From: an uncultured Acidobacteriota bacterium
Lineage (GTDB): Bacteria; Acidobacteriota; Thermoanaerobaculia; Multivoradales; UBA5704
DNA length: 64,000 nucleotides
Assembly (NCBI GenBank): GCA_963700145.1
Contig: OY969474.1
Location: 4,288,001-4,352,000, forward strand
Direction: 5' to 3'
The notes below the pieces were generated by a model. The model saw only the letters and a list, made by a program, of their open reading frames with translations. It had not been told where the DNA came from and did not search any database. Below are positions 30,427 to 42,433 of this stretch, in pieces; positions within the stretch are counted from its first letter, which is position 1, and every line of letters begins with the position of its first letter. The position numbers and the translations under genes were made by a program.

Positions 30427-30746
30427 GAGTCCACTTCCTCTCCGCCGATCAACAAGCGCTCCCGCTCCTTGACGCCGATCGCCAGGATGTACACCGTACT
30501 GCTTTCCTGGTCGATCTCGTAGAACACGCGGAACCGGTTGTCGGGACCGAAGCGCAGCTCCCATTGCGCCTCCAGCACGGCCGGCTGCCGTAGCGGCTTA
30601 CGGTTCCTGGTCTCGACATCCGGCTCGAACTGCAGCTGCTCCTCGATAGTCGCGCGGATCAGCGAGTAGTGCCGACGCTCGATGGCTTCAAGGTGCCGTT
30701 TGACCTCCGGGGCGTAGATCAACGTGTACGAACGGCGCCGCGGCAC
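30423..30746 (-). CDS. RelE/ParE-family toxin, intact copy
   Basis: YTLIYAPEVKRHL...WELRFGPDNRFRVFYEID...VYILAIGVK. Confidence 0.9.
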   Translation of the reverse strand: MPRRRSYTLIYAPEVKRHLEAIERRHYSLIRATIEEQLQFEPDVETRNRKPLRQPAVLEAQWELRFGPDNRFRVFYEIDQESSTVYILAIGVKERERLLIGGEEVDS

Positions 30747-30801
30747 GATGACCAGAATTATGACTATCTTAGGCTGCTAGGTCAACAGCTTCGCCGCGAC
30801 C

Positions 30802-31365
30802 TCACTCGCCCTCTGACTCGCGCTGCGCTTCGCGGCGCCGCTCGGCGATCAGCTCGTCGGACAGGCTCCGCCCTTCGGGGACGTACTGCCGGACCAGGGC
30901 CTGCGCGCGTCCGATCAGGTCGCTCGTGGCGTGGTCTTTGGGGTCGCCGACGAGGGCTGTGCGGCCGCCGTAGGCGGCGACGACCTCGCGCTCCGGGACC
31001 TGGTCGGGGGTGCCGTAGTCGGTGCCCTTGCAGTGGACGTCCGGCCGTAGCTCGGCGAGGAGGGCGGCGGGGGTGTCCTCCTCGAAGATCACGACGTAGT
31101 CGACCGGAGCGAGCCCGGCGAGGAGCTCGGCGCGCTCGGGGGCGGGGACGATGGGGCGGCCGGGGCCCTTGAGGCGGGCCACCGAGGCGTCGCCGTTGAG
31201 GCCGACGATGAGGAGATCGGCCTCGCGGCGCGCGGCCTGGAGGTAGCGGAGGTGGCCGACGTGGAGGAGGTCGAAGTGGCCGTTGGCGAAGGCGACGGTC
31301 TTGCCGCGGGCGCGCTCGGCGGCCAGCCGGTCGCGCAGGGCGGCGAGGGTGGTCACCTCGCCCAC
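30802..31365 (-). CDS. rfaE2: Heptose-1-phosphate adenylyltransferase (RfaE domain II) with atypical C-terminal tail
   Basis: [41 protein letters not shown]; GGAGG SD before GTG 31365. Confidence 0.9.
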   Translation of the reverse strand: MGEVTTLAALRDRLAAERARGKTVAFANGHFDLLHVGHLRYLQAARREADLLIVGLNGDASVARLKGPGRPIVPAPERAELLAGLAPVDYVVIFEEDTPAALLAELRPDVHCKGTDYGTPDQVPEREVVAAYGGRTALVGDPKDHATSDLIGRAQALVRQYVPEGRSLSDELIAERRREAQRESEGE

Positions 31366-32405
31366 TGCACCTCCGCGAGCGGGTGGGGGTCGCTGGCAAC
31401 CGCCCGGCGCAGCTCCTCGGGGGTGAGGGTGGCGGTCCCCATCTTCATCACTACGACGCCGCCGGCGTAGTTGGCGAGGAGGGCCGCCTCGAGCGGCGTG
31501 CCGCCGGCCGCCAGCGCCAGGGCGAAGGCGCCGATCACCGTGTCGCCGGCGCCGGTGACGTCGGCCACCTGGTCGGTGCCGTGGACGGGCAGGTGGGCGG
31601 CGGAGCCCTCTTCGAGGAGGCTCATGCCGCGGCTGCCGCGGGTGACGAGGAGGAAGCGCGCGCCGAGGCGGGCGCGGAGGGACTCGCCGGCCCTGGCGGC
31701 CGCGGCGAAGTCCTCGGGGAGGCGGCCGCCGAGGAGTGCTTCGGCCTCCTCCTCGTTGGGGGTGGCGCCGTCGAGGCCCGCGAAGTCGCCGAGGCGGTAG
31801 CGGCTGTCGGCGAGGAGGACGGCGTCGCCGCCGAGAGCGCGGCGGAGACAGGGGAGGAGGGCGGGCTCGACGGCGCCGTAGCCGTAGTCGGAGAGGACGG
31901 CGACCGGCGGCGCGCCGCCCGCCGCGCCCGCCCACTCTGCGAGGCGCGCCGCGAAGGTCTCGCGCTCCTCGGCGGCGAGCGTCAGCCGCTCCTCGACGTC
32001 GTAGCGCACGATCTGCTGCTTGATGGCGTGGCGGCCGCCGCCGAGGATGCGCACCTTGGTGGGGGTGCGGTAGCCGGGCCGGACCAGGATGCCGGCGGTC
32101 TCGACCCCGAGCGCCTGGAGCGCCGCGACCAGCTCGCGGCCGGAGGCGTCGTCGCCGACGACTCCCAGCGGCAGCGGCCGTCCGCCGAGGGCGGCGACGT
32201 TGGCCACCGCGTTGGCGCCGCCGCCCGGCGCCAGGCGTTCGCCCTCGTAGGAGAGGATGAGGACGGGCGCCTCGCGGCTGATCCGCTTCGGCGTGCCGGT
32301 GATGAAGCGGTCGGCGACGAGGTCCACGACCATCGCCACCGGCCGCCCGGCCATGCCGTCGACGAGCGACAGCAAGCGGTCGGCAGAGGGGAGCGAGTTG
32401 GCCAT
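31353..32405 (-). CDS. rfaE1: Heptose-7-phosphate kinase (RfaE domain I, PfkB family)
   Basis: [52 protein letters not shown]. Confidence 0.92.
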   Translation of the reverse strand: MANSLPSADRLLSLVDGMAGRPVAMVVDLVADRFITGTPKRISREAPVLILSYEGERLAPGGGANAVANVAALGGRPLPLGVVGDDASGRELVAALQALGVETAGILVRPGYRTPTKVRILGGGRHAIKQQIVRYDVEERLTLAAEERETFAARLAEWAGAAGGAPPVAVLSDYGYGAVEPALLPCLRRALGGDAVLLADSRYRLGDFAGLDGATPNEEEAEALLGGRLPEDFAAAARAGESLRARLGARFLLVTRGSRGMSLLEEGSAAHLPVHGTDQVADVTGAGDTVIGAFALALAAGGTPLEAALLANYAGGVVVMKMGTATLTPEELRRAVASDPHPLAEVQWAR

Positions 32406-32530
32406 CGGAGCGCGCGCAAGCGTAGCAGGGCTAGGAGCCCGTCGCGCTGGGCGCGCGACGGACGACGCTCCTAGCAGTCATCCGAGCCCGGCGCGAAAGC
32501 CTTCGCGCCTCAGCGGGTTAGAGTCGAACC

Positions 32531-33586
32531 GTGTCCGCCCCCGCCGAACGGCTGCGCGAGCGCATCCGATCCTCAGGCCCCATTCCTTTCGCGGCGTTCA
32601 TGGAGGAAGCGCTGTACGGGGAGGGGGGGTACTACCGGCGCGACGAGCTGCCGATCGGGGAGGCGGAGGATTTCGTCACGGGATCTTCGCTCTCGCCGCT
32701 GTTCGGGCGGGCGACGGGGCGGCTGCTGCGGCGGCTGGACGGCGAGCTGGGGCGGCGGGCGGAGCTGCTCGAGGCGGGGTACGGCGGCGGGGAGCACCTC
32801 GCGGCGGTGGTTGGATTTCTGGGTGGGGAGAATGGAGTGGGGAGACGGATGCGGGCGTGGGATCGGGTGGCGCGGCCGCTGCCGGCGGGGGTGGAGCGGG
32901 TCGCGGCGCTCGAGGAGGTCGGCGAGGGCGAGATCGGCGGGTTGGTTTTCTCCTACGAGCTCTTCGACGCGCTGCCCGTCCACCGCCTGATCGGCCGCGC
33001 GGACGGCGCGCTCGGGGAGCTGTGGGTGGAGCTGGACGGCGAGGGACGCTTCGCCTGGCGCGAGGGCGCGCTCTCCGATCCGGCGCTCGCCGCGCTCCTC
33101 GGCGACGCTGAACTCGCTCCCGGCCAGGTCGCCGACCTCTCGCCGCAGTCGGCGCCGCTCTACGCGGCCCTCGCTCGCCGCCTCGGGCGCGGGCTCCTCG
33201 TCACTTGCGACTACGGCTTCCCGCGCCCGCAGCTCCTCGACCCGCGCATCCGCCGCCACGGCACGCTCGCCTGCTACCGCCGCCAGACGGTCCACCGCGA
33301 TCCCTTCGCCGACGTTGGCGCCCAGGACTTGACGGCGCACGTCGATTTCACCGCCCTGATCGAGGCCGGCGAGGCCGCCGGGCTTAGGACCTTCGCCCTC
33401 ACCCGGCAGGCGCTCTGGCTCAGCGCCTGCGGCCTCTTCGAGGACCTCGCGGACGCCCCGGCCGCCATCCGGCAAGAGGCCATCGCGCTTCTCGACGGCG
33501 AGGGGATGGGGGAGGAGATCCGGGTGCTGGTCCAGGCCCGCGGCCTCGCGCCGGAGCGCGTCCTCGACGCGCGTTTCTTTCCTTGA
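32531..33586 (+). CDS. MidA/NDUFAF7-family SAM-dependent methyltransferase
   Basis: [14 protein letters not shown]...GYY, DFVT...[29 protein letters not shown]. Confidence 0.9.
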   Translation: MSAPAERLRERIRSSGPIPFAAFMEEALYGEGGYYRRDELPIGEAEDFVTGSSLSPLFGRATGRLLRRLDGELGRRAELLEAGYGGGEHLAAVVGFLGGENGVGRRMRAWDRVARPLPAGVERVAALEEVGEGEIGGLVFSYELFDALPVHRLIGRADGALGELWVELDGEGRFAWREGALSDPALAALLGDAELAPGQVADLSPQSAPLYAALARRLGRGLLVTCDYGFPRPQLLDPRIRRHGTLACYRRQTVHRDPFADVGAQDLTAHVDFTALIEAGEAAGLRTFALTRQALWLSACGLFEDLADAPAAIRQEAIALLDGEGMGEEIRVLVQARGLAPERVLDARFFP

Positions 33587-33616
33587 CGGCGGCCGCTCGC
33601 CTAGAATCGCCCCGCT

Positions 33617-33973
33617 TTGGCGAACTACCTGCCCATCCTGGTGTTCACGGTGATCGCCGCGCTCTTTCTCGTCGCCACGCTCCTCGCCGCCCGGCTCCTG
33701 CGCCGCGCCGCCAGCCCGACGACCAACCTCGACCCCTACGAGTGCGGCAACGAGCCCGAGACCTTCGCTCACGACCACCGCTTCTCGATCCGCTACTACC
33801 TCATCGCCGTCCTCTTCGTCATCTTCGACGTCGAGACCATCTTCCTCTACCCCTGGGCGATCCTCTTCGACCAGCTCGCTCTCTTCGGCTTCATCGAGAT
33901 GGTGGTCTTCCTCGCCATCCTGGTCGTCGGCTACGTCTACGTCTGGAACCGCGGAGCGCTCAATTGGGCCTGA
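33617..33973 (+). CDS. nuoA: NADH-quinone oxidoreductase subunit A
   Basis: [23 protein letters not shown]. Confidence 0.95.
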   Translation: MANYLPILVFTVIAALFLVATLLAARLLRRAASPTTNLDPYECGNEPETFAHDHRFSIRYYLIAVLFVIFDVETIFLYPWAILFDQLALFGFIEMVVFLAILVVGYVYVWNRGALNWA

Positions 33974-34443
33974 CCGACAGCCCCAACGTCCTCACCACGA
34001 CCTACGACAAGGTCTTCAACTGGGCGCGGCGCTCGGCGATCTGGCCGATGCAGTTCGGCCTCGCCTGCTGCGCCATCGAGATGATGGCGGTGCTCGACCC
34101 GCGCCACGACATGTCGCGCTTCGGCGCCGAGGTCTTCCGCGCCACGCCGCGGCAGAGCGACCTGATGATCGTCGCCGGCACCGTCACCGAGAAGATGGCC
34201 CCCATCGTGCGCCGTCTCTGGGACCAGATGCCGGAGCCCAAGTGGGCGATGGCGATGGGCGCCTGCGCCACCTGCGGCGGGCCGTACCGCACCTACGCCG
34301 TGACCCAGGGGGTGGACCGGGTGATCCCGGTGGACGTCTACGTGCCCGGCTGTCCGCCGCGCCCGGAGGCGCTGATGTGGGGGCTCCTCCACCTGCAGCG
34401 CAAGATCGACCGCATGAGCGTGGCGAAGCGGGCGACGGCATGA
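33964..34443 (+). CDS. nuoB: NADH-quinone oxidoreductase subunit B
   Basis: [23 protein letters not shown]; TTG 33964. Confidence 0.95.
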   Translation: MGLTDSPNVLTTTYDKVFNWARRSAIWPMQFGLACCAIEMMAVLDPRHDMSRFGAEVFRATPRQSDLMIVAGTVTEKMAPIVRRLWDQMPEPKWAMAMGACATCGGPYRTYAVTQGVDRVIPVDVYVPGCPPRPEALMWGLLHLQRKIDRMSVAKRATA

Positions 34444-35237
34444 GCGAGCCGGAGCGCCCGCCGGGCGAAGCGCCCAAGAAGGCGCCGCTGACTCCCGAGG
34501 AGAAGGCGGCGCTGGTCGCCAAGGCGAAGGCGGCGAGGGAGGCCGCGGCGGCCGCCGGCGGCGCCGCCGCTCCCGGAGCCGCTCCCGCCGCCGCCGCCAA
34601 GAAGCCGGCGCACGAAGAGGACCCCAACAAGCCGGTCTGGGAGAAGGACCCGGTCGCTCCCGACTGGCAGGACGCGGCGGACGACCCGCTCGCTTCCGCC
34701 CTGCGCGAGGAATTCGGTGAGGCGATCCAGTCCGCGCGCCGCTTCGCCGGCGACCTGACGCTCGGCGTGGCCCGCGAGGCGGTGGCGCGCGTCGCCGCCT
34801 CGCTCAAGGCGAAGCACGGCTTCACCTATCTGGTGGACGTCTGCGGCGCCGACTTCCCGCAGCGCACGCCGCGCTTCGACGTCGTCTACCACCTCTACAG
34901 CTTCGAGGCGAACCGGCGGGTGCGCCTCAAGACCGGCGCCGGCGAAGGGGAGGAGGTCCCCAGCCTGACGACGGTCTTCCGCGCCGCCAACTGGCCGGAG
35001 CGGGAGGTCTACGACATGTACGGCGTGCGCTTCGCCGGCCACCCGGACATGACGCGCATCCTCCTCTGGGAGGGCTTCAACGGTTTCCCGCTGCGCAAGG
35101 ACTTCCCGGTCGAAGGGATCGACACCGGCTCGGCGATCTACCCCGAGTACTACGAGCCGAGCGCCGGCCCCGTGGCTGGTGCCGGCACCGGCTGGAAGCC
35201 CGGCAAGGCGCCGGAGCCGCCGAAGGCGGAGCCGTGA
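34440..35237 (+). CDS. nuoC: NADH-quinone oxidoreductase subunit C with Ala/Lys-rich N-terminal extension
   Basis: [17 protein letters not shown]...PLRKDFP; ATGA overlap at 34440. Confidence 0.95.
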   Translation: MSEPERPPGEAPKKAPLTPEEKAALVAKAKAAREAAAAAGGAAAPGAAPAAAAKKPAHEEDPNKPVWEKDPVAPDWQDAADDPLASALREEFGEAIQSARRFAGDLTLGVAREAVARVAASLKAKHGFTYLVDVCGADFPQRTPRFDVVYHLYSFEANRRVRLKTGAGEGEEVPSLTTVFRAANWPEREVYDMYGVRFAGHPDMTRILLWEGFNGFPLRKDFPVEGIDTGSAIYPEYYEPSAGPVAGAGTGWKPGKAPEPPKAEP

Positions 35238-36373
35238 CGGAGCCGGTTCGCTCTCTCTCTCCGGACGCCCTTTTCGCCGCCGGCGAGGAGATGGAGCTCA
35301 ACTTCGGGCCGCAGCACCCTTCGACCCACGGCGTCCTGCGCCTGAAGCTCAAGGTGGACGGCGAGCGGATCATCGACTGCTACCCGATCATCGGCTACCT
35401 CCACCGTGGCACCGAGAAGCTTTTCGAGCTCCACCCCTACTTCCAGAACGTGCCGCACACCGACCGCATGGACTACGTGGCGGCGGCCACCAACAACCTG
35501 GCCTACGTCGGCGCGGTGGAGAAGCTCGTCGGGCTGACGGTGCCGCCGCGGGCGCGCTACATCCGCACCATCCTGGCCGAGCTGCAGCGCATCTCGTCGC
35601 ACCTGCTCTGGCTGGCCACCCACGCCATCGACATCGGCGCCATGACGCCGTTCTTCTACTGCTTCCGCGAGCGCGAGCAGATCCTCGACCTCTTCGAGCT
35701 CTACTGCGGCGCGCGGCTGACCCTCAACTGCATGCGGCCCGGCGGCCTGCCGATGGACCTGCCGGTCGGCTGGACCGACCGCTGCCGCGCCTTCGTCGAG
35801 ATCTTCCCGGCCAAGGTGGACGAGTACGAGGGGCTGCTCACCGACAACCGGATCTGGAAGCGGCGAACGGTGGGGATCGGCGTCCTCGACGCCGAGACGG
35901 CGATCGACTACGGCATCACCGGCCCGATGCTGCGCGGCAGCGGCGTCGCCTGGGACCTGCGCAAGGCGATGCCCTACGAGGCCTACGGCGAGGTCGAGTT
36001 CGACGTGCCGACGGGGAAGAACGGCGACACCTACGACCGCTACCTCGTGCGCATGGAGGAGATGCGGCAGGCCAACCGCATCCTCGCGCAGTGCCTCGAC
36101 AAGCTCCCCGAGGGGCCGATCATGGCCAAGCGCCCGCGCGTGCTCAAGGCGGGCAAGGAGTCCGAGGTCTACCACGGCATCGAGGGGCCGAAAGGGGAGA
36201 TCGGCTTCTACTTCGTCGGCGACGGCACGCCGAACCCCTACCGCTGCCACGTCCGGCCGCCGTCGTTCGTCAACCTGGCGGTGCTGCCGGAGCTGACCAA
36301 GGGGCACCTGGTGGCCGACCTCGTGGCGCTGATCGGGACGACCGACATCGTGCTTGGCGAGGTGGACCGCTAG
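35234..36373 (+). CDS. nuoD: NADH-quinone oxidoreductase subunit D
   Basis: NFGPQHPSTHGVLRL, GYLHRGTEK, DIVLGEVDR. Confidence 0.97.
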   Translation: MTEPVRSLSPDALFAAGEEMELNFGPQHPSTHGVLRLKLKVDGERIIDCYPIIGYLHRGTEKLFELHPYFQNVPHTDRMDYVAAATNNLAYVGAVEKLVGLTVPPRARYIRTILAELQRISSHLLWLATHAIDIGAMTPFFYCFREREQILDLFELYCGARLTLNCMRPGGLPMDLPVGWTDRCRAFVEIFPAKVDEYEGLLTDNRIWKRRTVGIGVLDAETAIDYGITGPMLRGSGVAWDLRKAMPYEAYGEVEFDVPTGKNGDTYDRYLVRMEEMRQANRILAQCLDKLPEGPIMAKRPRVLKAGKESEVYHGIEGPKGEIGFYFVGDGTPNPYRCHVRPPSFVNLAVLPELTKGHLVADLVALIGTTDIVLGEVDR

Positions 36374-37435
36374 ATGCCTTCCTGGCTCGAGTCGGTGCGC
36401 GAGTCGGTGGGGCCGACGCTCTTCGACTACGCGGTCTCGCCGGCGGTCAAGATCTTGGTGCTGATGTTCCTCGGCATCCTGCCGGTGATCACCTACCTGG
36501 TGCTCGCCGAGCGCAAGATCCTGGGCTTCATCCAGGCGCGCGTGGGGCCCAACCGGGTGGGGCCGTGGGGGCTGCTGCAGCCGATCGCCGACGTGCTCAA
36601 GCTCCTGGTCAAGGAGGACACGATGCCGCGGCAGGCGGTCAAGTGGGCGTTCGTCCTCGCCCCCTGCCTGGTCGTGGCGCCGGCGCTCATCATCTTCGCG
36701 GTGATCCCGATGGGGCCGCGCCCGGAGGGCGACGGCCTCGCCTGGTACATCACCGACGTGGACACCGGGGCGCTGCTGGTCATCGCCCTGGCCACGATCG
36801 GGGTCTACGGCCTGATCCTGGGCGGGTGGTCCTCGAACAACAAGTTCTCGCTGATGGGCGGGCTCCGCTCGGCGGCGCAGATGATCTCCTACGAGGTGCC
36901 GCAGGGGCTGGCGCTGGTGGGGCCGCTGATGCTCGCCGGGAGCCTGTCGCTCATCCAGATCGTCGAGAGCCAACGCGAGATGCGGCTCTGGTTCTTCGTG
37001 CCGCAAATCGTCGCCTTCTTCATCTACGTCGTCGCGGGGGTGGCGGAGTCGAACCGGAATCCGTTCGATCTACCCGAAGCCGAGTCCGAGTTGGTGGCCG
37101 GGTTCCACACGGAGTACAGCGGGATGCGGTTCGCGCTGTTTTTCTTGGGCGAGTACGCCAACATGATCGTCATCTCGGCGGTCGCCACGACGCTTTTTCT
37201 GGGCGGCTGGCTGCGGCCGTTCCCCAGCGTCGGGTGGCTGGGCTTCCTCGACGTCGTGCCGCCGGTCCTCTGGTTCGCGCTCAAGGTCTTCGCCTTCCTC
37301 TTCGTCTACATCTGGTTCCGCGGCACCTTCCCGCGCTACCGCTTCGACCAGCTCATGGACCTGGGCTGGAAGTGGATGATCCCCCTCGCCCTGGCCAACA
37401 TCCTGGTCACCGGGCTGCTCAAGCTCACTTTCTAG
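36374..37435 (+). CDS. nuoH: NADH-quinone oxidoreductase subunit H
   Basis: ERK..G.IQ.RVGPNRVG, PFDLPEAESELVAG. Confidence 0.97.
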   Translation: MPSWLESVRESVGPTLFDYAVSPAVKILVLMFLGILPVITYLVLAERKILGFIQARVGPNRVGPWGLLQPIADVLKLLVKEDTMPRQAVKWAFVLAPCLVVAPALIIFAVIPMGPRPEGDGLAWYITDVDTGALLVIALATIGVYGLILGGWSSNNKFSLMGGLRSAAQMISYEVPQGLALVGPLMLAGSLSLIQIVESQREMRLWFFVPQIVAFFIYVVAGVAESNRNPFDLPEAESELVAGFHTEYSGMRFALFFLGEYANMIVISAVATTLFLGGWLRPFPSVGWLGFLDVVPPVLWFALKVFAFLFVYIWFRGTFPRYRFDQLMDLGWKWMIPLALANILVTGLLKLTF

Positions 37436-37447
37436 AGGCTGCCGACG

Positions 37448-37927
37448 ATGAGCGCCGTCAAGCGATTCCTCGACAAGGTCATGCTCCTCGACCTCTTCGC
37501 GGGGCTCGGCATCACCTTCAAGAACATGCTGCGCAAGAAGGTGACCGTGCAGTACCCGGAGGAGCGCTGGGAGCCGGCGCACCGCTTCCGCGGCATGTTC
37601 CGGCTCGACGAGGAGCGCTGCATCAGCTGCACCATCTGCGCCCGCGACTGCCCGATCGACATCATCTACATCGACTTCCACCAGGAGGTGAACCCGGAGA
37701 CCGGGAAGAAGGAGAAGAAGCTCGACCGCTTCGACATCGACGTGCAGCGCTGCATGTTCTGCGGCCTCTGCGAGGAGGGGTGCCCGACCGAGCCGAAATC
37801 GATCTGGCTGACCACCAAGACCTACGAGCTGGCCTCCTACGACCGTTGGTCGAACCTCTACGTCGACATGGATGAGCTGCAGGAGTGGCGGGTGCGCCCG
37901 GCCTACACCGACGAGGAGATCGCCTGA
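37448..37927 (+). CDS. nuoI: NADH-quinone oxidoreductase subunit I
   Basis: CISCTICARDCP and CMFCGLCEEGCP. Confidence 0.95.
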   Translation: MSAVKRFLDKVMLLDLFAGLGITFKNMLRKKVTVQYPEERWEPAHRFRGMFRLDEERCISCTICARDCPIDIIYIDFHQEVNPETGKKEKKLDRFDIDVQRCMFCGLCEEGCPTEPKSIWLTTKTYELASYDRWSNLYVDMDELQEWRVRPAYTDEEIA

Positions 37928-37928
37928 G

Positions 37929-38447
37929 TTGAGCGGCGCGGACCTCCTCTTCTACGCCTTCGCGGCGATGGCGCTGCTGGGGGCGGTGCTGGTGGTGGCG
38001 TTGCGCAACCCGATGTACGGCGCTATCTCGCTGCTCGGCACCTTCCTGGCGGTGGCGGCGCTCTTCCTGCTGCGCCACGCCGAGTTCCTGGCCATCGTCC
38101 AGATCTTCGTCTACGGCGGCGGCATCATGGTGCTCTTCCTCTTCGTCATCATGCTGGTCAACCTCCACCGCCTGCGCGAGACGACGAAGTACGACCGGCA
38201 GACGCCGCTGGCGGCGGTCCTGGGGCTCATCCTGGTGGCGCTCTTCGTCACCGTCTTCGCGCTCGCCGGCTTCGGGCCGCCGCTGGCGCGGCCGGAGGTC
38301 TTCACCGCCGGCGCCCAGGGGATCAGCGGCAACTCGCAGGCCGTGGCCTGGCTGCTCTACCGCGACTACCTGCTGCCGTTCGAGATCGCCTCGATCTTCC
38401 TGCTCATCGCGATGATCGGCGCCGTGGTCCTGGGGAGGCGCGCGTGA
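37929..38447 (+). CDS. nuoJ: NADH-quinone oxidoreductase subunit J
   Basis: AEFLA.VQIFVY.GGIMVLFLFVIML, YLLPFE; TTG 37929. Confidence 0.95.
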   Translation: MSGADLLFYAFAAMALLGAVLVVALRNPMYGAISLLGTFLAVAALFLLRHAEFLAIVQIFVYGGGIMVLFLFVIMLVNLHRLRETTKYDRQTPLAAVLGLILVALFVTVFALAGFGPPLARPEVFTAGAQGISGNSQAVAWLLYRDYLLPFEIASIFLLIAMIGAVVLGRRA

Positions 38448-38758
38448 TGACCGCGGAGGTCACGACCAACCACTACCTGGTCCTCTCCTTCCTGCTGTTC
38501 ACCATCGGCCTCTTCGGCATCCTGGCGCGGCGCAACCTGATCACCGTGCTGATGTCGATCGAGCTGGTGCTCAACTCGGTCAACCTCAACTTCATCGCCT
38601 TCTCCTACCAGCACTCCGACCTGACCGGCCAGATCTTCGCCGTCTTCACGATCACCGTGGCGGCGGGGGAGGCGGCGGTGGGGCTCGGGATCCTGATCGC
38701 CCTCTTCCGGCTGCGCGAGACGACGCAGCTCGACTCGGCGGCGGAGCTCAAGGGGTAG
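38444..38758 (+). CDS. nuoK: NADH-quinone oxidoreductase subunit K
   Basis: LMSIELVLN, VAAGEAAVGL. Confidence 0.95.
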   Translation: MMTAEVTTNHYLVLSFLLFTIGLFGILARRNLITVLMSIELVLNSVNLNFIAFSYQHSDLTGQIFAVFTITVAAGEAAVGLGILIALFRLRETTQLDSAAELKG

Positions 38759-38767
38759 CGGGGCAGA

Positions 38768-40843
38768 GTGCGCGCGCTCCTCTGGCTGGTGCCGGTGCTG
38801 CCGTTCGTGGGGGCGCTGCTCAACGGCGTCGTACTGCGCGGCCGCATCGGCAAGCGCGCCGTCGCCTGGATCGCCTGCGGCGTCGTGGCGCTCGCCGGGC
38901 TGCTGGGGCTCGCGATCATCGCCGAGCACTTCGGGGGGGGCGGCCACCACGAGGCCTACGAGCAGGAGCTCTACACCTGGATCCCGGCCGGGCCGCTCGC
39001 CTCGACGGTCGGCGGCGTGCGCGACCTCGAGATCGGCATGGGGTTCCTCCTCGACCCGCTCTCGGCGGTGATGCTCTTCGTCGTCACCTTCGTCGGCTTC
39101 TGGATCCACCTCTACTCGGTCGGCTACATGGCCCACGAGTCGGGGTTCCAGCGCTACTTCACCTACCTCAACCTCTTCATGGGGGCGATGCTGCTGCTCG
39201 TCCTCGGCGACAACTACCTGGTGACCTTCGTCGGCTGGGAGGGGGTGGGGCTCTGCTCCTACCTCCTGATCGGCTTCTACTACCAAGAGGAGTTCCCGCC
39301 CTACGCCGGGCGCAAGGCGTTCATCGTCAACCGCGTCGGCGACTTCGGCTTCCTGCTCGGCCTCTTCGCCCTGGCCTCGACCTTCGGCACGCTGCGCTAC
39401 AACGAGATCTTCGAGCGCCTGGCGACGAGCCCGGAGCTGGGGCGCGCGGCCTACGTCGGCGGGTTGTCGCTGGCCGGCTTCGTCGCCCTCTGCCTCTTCG
39501 TCGGCGCGATGGGGAAGAGCGCGCAGATCCCGCTCTATGTCTGGCTGCCCGACGCGATGGCCGGGCCGACGCCGGTCTCGGCGCTGATCCACGCCGCGAC
39601 GATGGTCACCGCCGGCGTCTACATGGTGGTGCGCTCGAACGTCCTCTACCAGCTCGCCCCGGAGGTGTCGCTGACCGTCGCGGTGATCGGCGCGGCGACG
39701 GCGCTGGTGGCGGCGACGATCGGCCTGGCGCAGACCGACATCAAGAAGGTGCTCGCCTACTCGACGGTCTCGCAGCTCGGCTACATGTTCCTGGCCGCCG
39801 GCGTCGGCGCCTACACCGCGGCGATCTTCCACTTGCTGACCCACGCCTTCTTCAAGGCCCTCCTCTTCCTCGGCTCGGGGTCGGTGATCCACGCCATGGG
39901 CGGCGAGCAGGACATGCGGCGAATGGGCGGGCTCAAGAAGTACCTGCCGGTGACCTACTGGACCTTCGTCGTCGGCGCGCTGGCGATCGCCGGGGTGCCC
40001 GGCTTCGCCGGCTTCTTCTCGAAGGACGAGATCCTCCACGCCGCGGCGGCGGAGGGGCAGTGGGTGCTCTGGGGCGTGGGGCTCGCCACGGCTCTCCTCA
40101 CCGCCTTCTACATGTTCCGCGCCGTGCACCTGACCTTCCACGGGGAGTTCCGCGGCAGCGAGGAGCAGCGGCACCACCTCCACGAGTCGCCGCGGATCAT
40201 GACCGTGCCGCTGGTGGTGCTGGCGGCGGGGGCGGTCCTCTCCGGCTTCATCGGCCTGCCGCCGCTCTTCACCGGCGGCAACGATTGGAACCTCTTCCAC
40301 CGCTTCCTGCACCCGGTCGTGGCGCAGCTCCCCGGCGGCGTCGGGGAGGGGCACGAGATGGGCGCGGCGCTGGAGTGGGGGCTGGTGGGGGTGGCGGTGC
40401 TGGTCGCCGGCCTCGGCATCTGGCTGGCGTGGGTCTTCTACGGACGGGACCGCGGGCTCGAGCGCGGCCGCGCCTGGGCGGCGCGCTTCCCGTGGGCCCA
40501 CCGCGTCCTGGTCAACAAGTACTACGTCGACGAGCTCTACGACGCCACCGTGGTGCGCGGCACCTGGGGGGCGGCGCACGGCCTCCACCGCTTCGACGCC
40601 GGCGTCATCGACGGCGTCGGCGTGCACGGCGCGCGCAACGTCACGGTCACCGGCGCGCTCCTCTCCGGCTTCTTCGACAAGTACCTGGTGGACGGGCTGG
40701 TGAATCTGGTGGGGGCCGTGCTCAACCTCTTCTCGCGCGGCTTCCGGCGCCTCCAGACCGGCTACGTCGGCAACTACGCGCTGGTGCTGGGGGCCGGCGT
40801 GCTGGTGCTGGTCTGCGCCTGGGCGCTGCTGCGGCGTTTCTGA
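38768..40843 (+). CDS. nuoL: NADH-quinone oxidoreductase subunit L
   Basis: GWEGVGLCSYLLIGF, WLPDAMAGPTPVSALIHAATMV, HAFFKALLFL. Confidence 0.97.
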   Translation: MRALLWLVPVLPFVGALLNGVVLRGRIGKRAVAWIACGVVALAGLLGLAIIAEHFGGGGHHEAYEQELYTWIPAGPLASTVGGVRDLEIGMGFLLDPLSAVMLFVVTFVGFWIHLYSVGYMAHESGFQRYFTYLNLFMGAMLLLVLGDNYLVTFVGWEGVGLCSYLLIGFYYQEEFPPYAGRKAFIVNRVGDFGFLLGLFALASTFGTLRYNEIFERLATSPELGRAAYVGGLSLAGFVALCLFVGAMGKSAQIPLYVWLPDAMAGPTPVSALIHAATMVTAGVYMVVRSNVLYQLAPEVSLTVAVIGAATALVAATIGLAQTDIKKVLAYSTVSQLGYMFLAAGVGAYTAAIFHLLTHAFFKALLFLGSGSVIHAMGGEQDMRRMGGLKKYLPVTYWTFVVGALAIAGVPGFAGFFSKDEILHAAAAEGQWVLWGVGLATALLTAFYMFRAVHLTFHGEFRGSEEQRHHLHESPRIMTVPLVVLAAGAVLSGFIGLPPLFTGGNDWNLFHRFLHPVVAQLPGGVGEGHEMGAALEWGLVGVAVLVAGLGIWLAWVFYGRDRGLERGRAWAARFPWAHRVLVNKYYVDELYDATVVRGTWGAAHGLHRFDAGVIDGVGVHGARNVTVTGALLSGFFDKYLVDGLVNLVGAVLNLFSRGFRRLQTGYVGNYALVLGAGVLVLVCAWALLRRF

Positions 40844-40870
40844 TGCGGTCGATCTTCCCGAGGGGGAGTC

Positions 40871-42430
<1,560 letters not shown>

Positions 42431-42433
42431 CGG

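Larger units (their letters stand above)
29836..30769. repeat. Direct repeat copy 2 (intact) of relE-phd-orf operon
   Basis: Aligns with 22748..23462. Confidence 0.9.
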
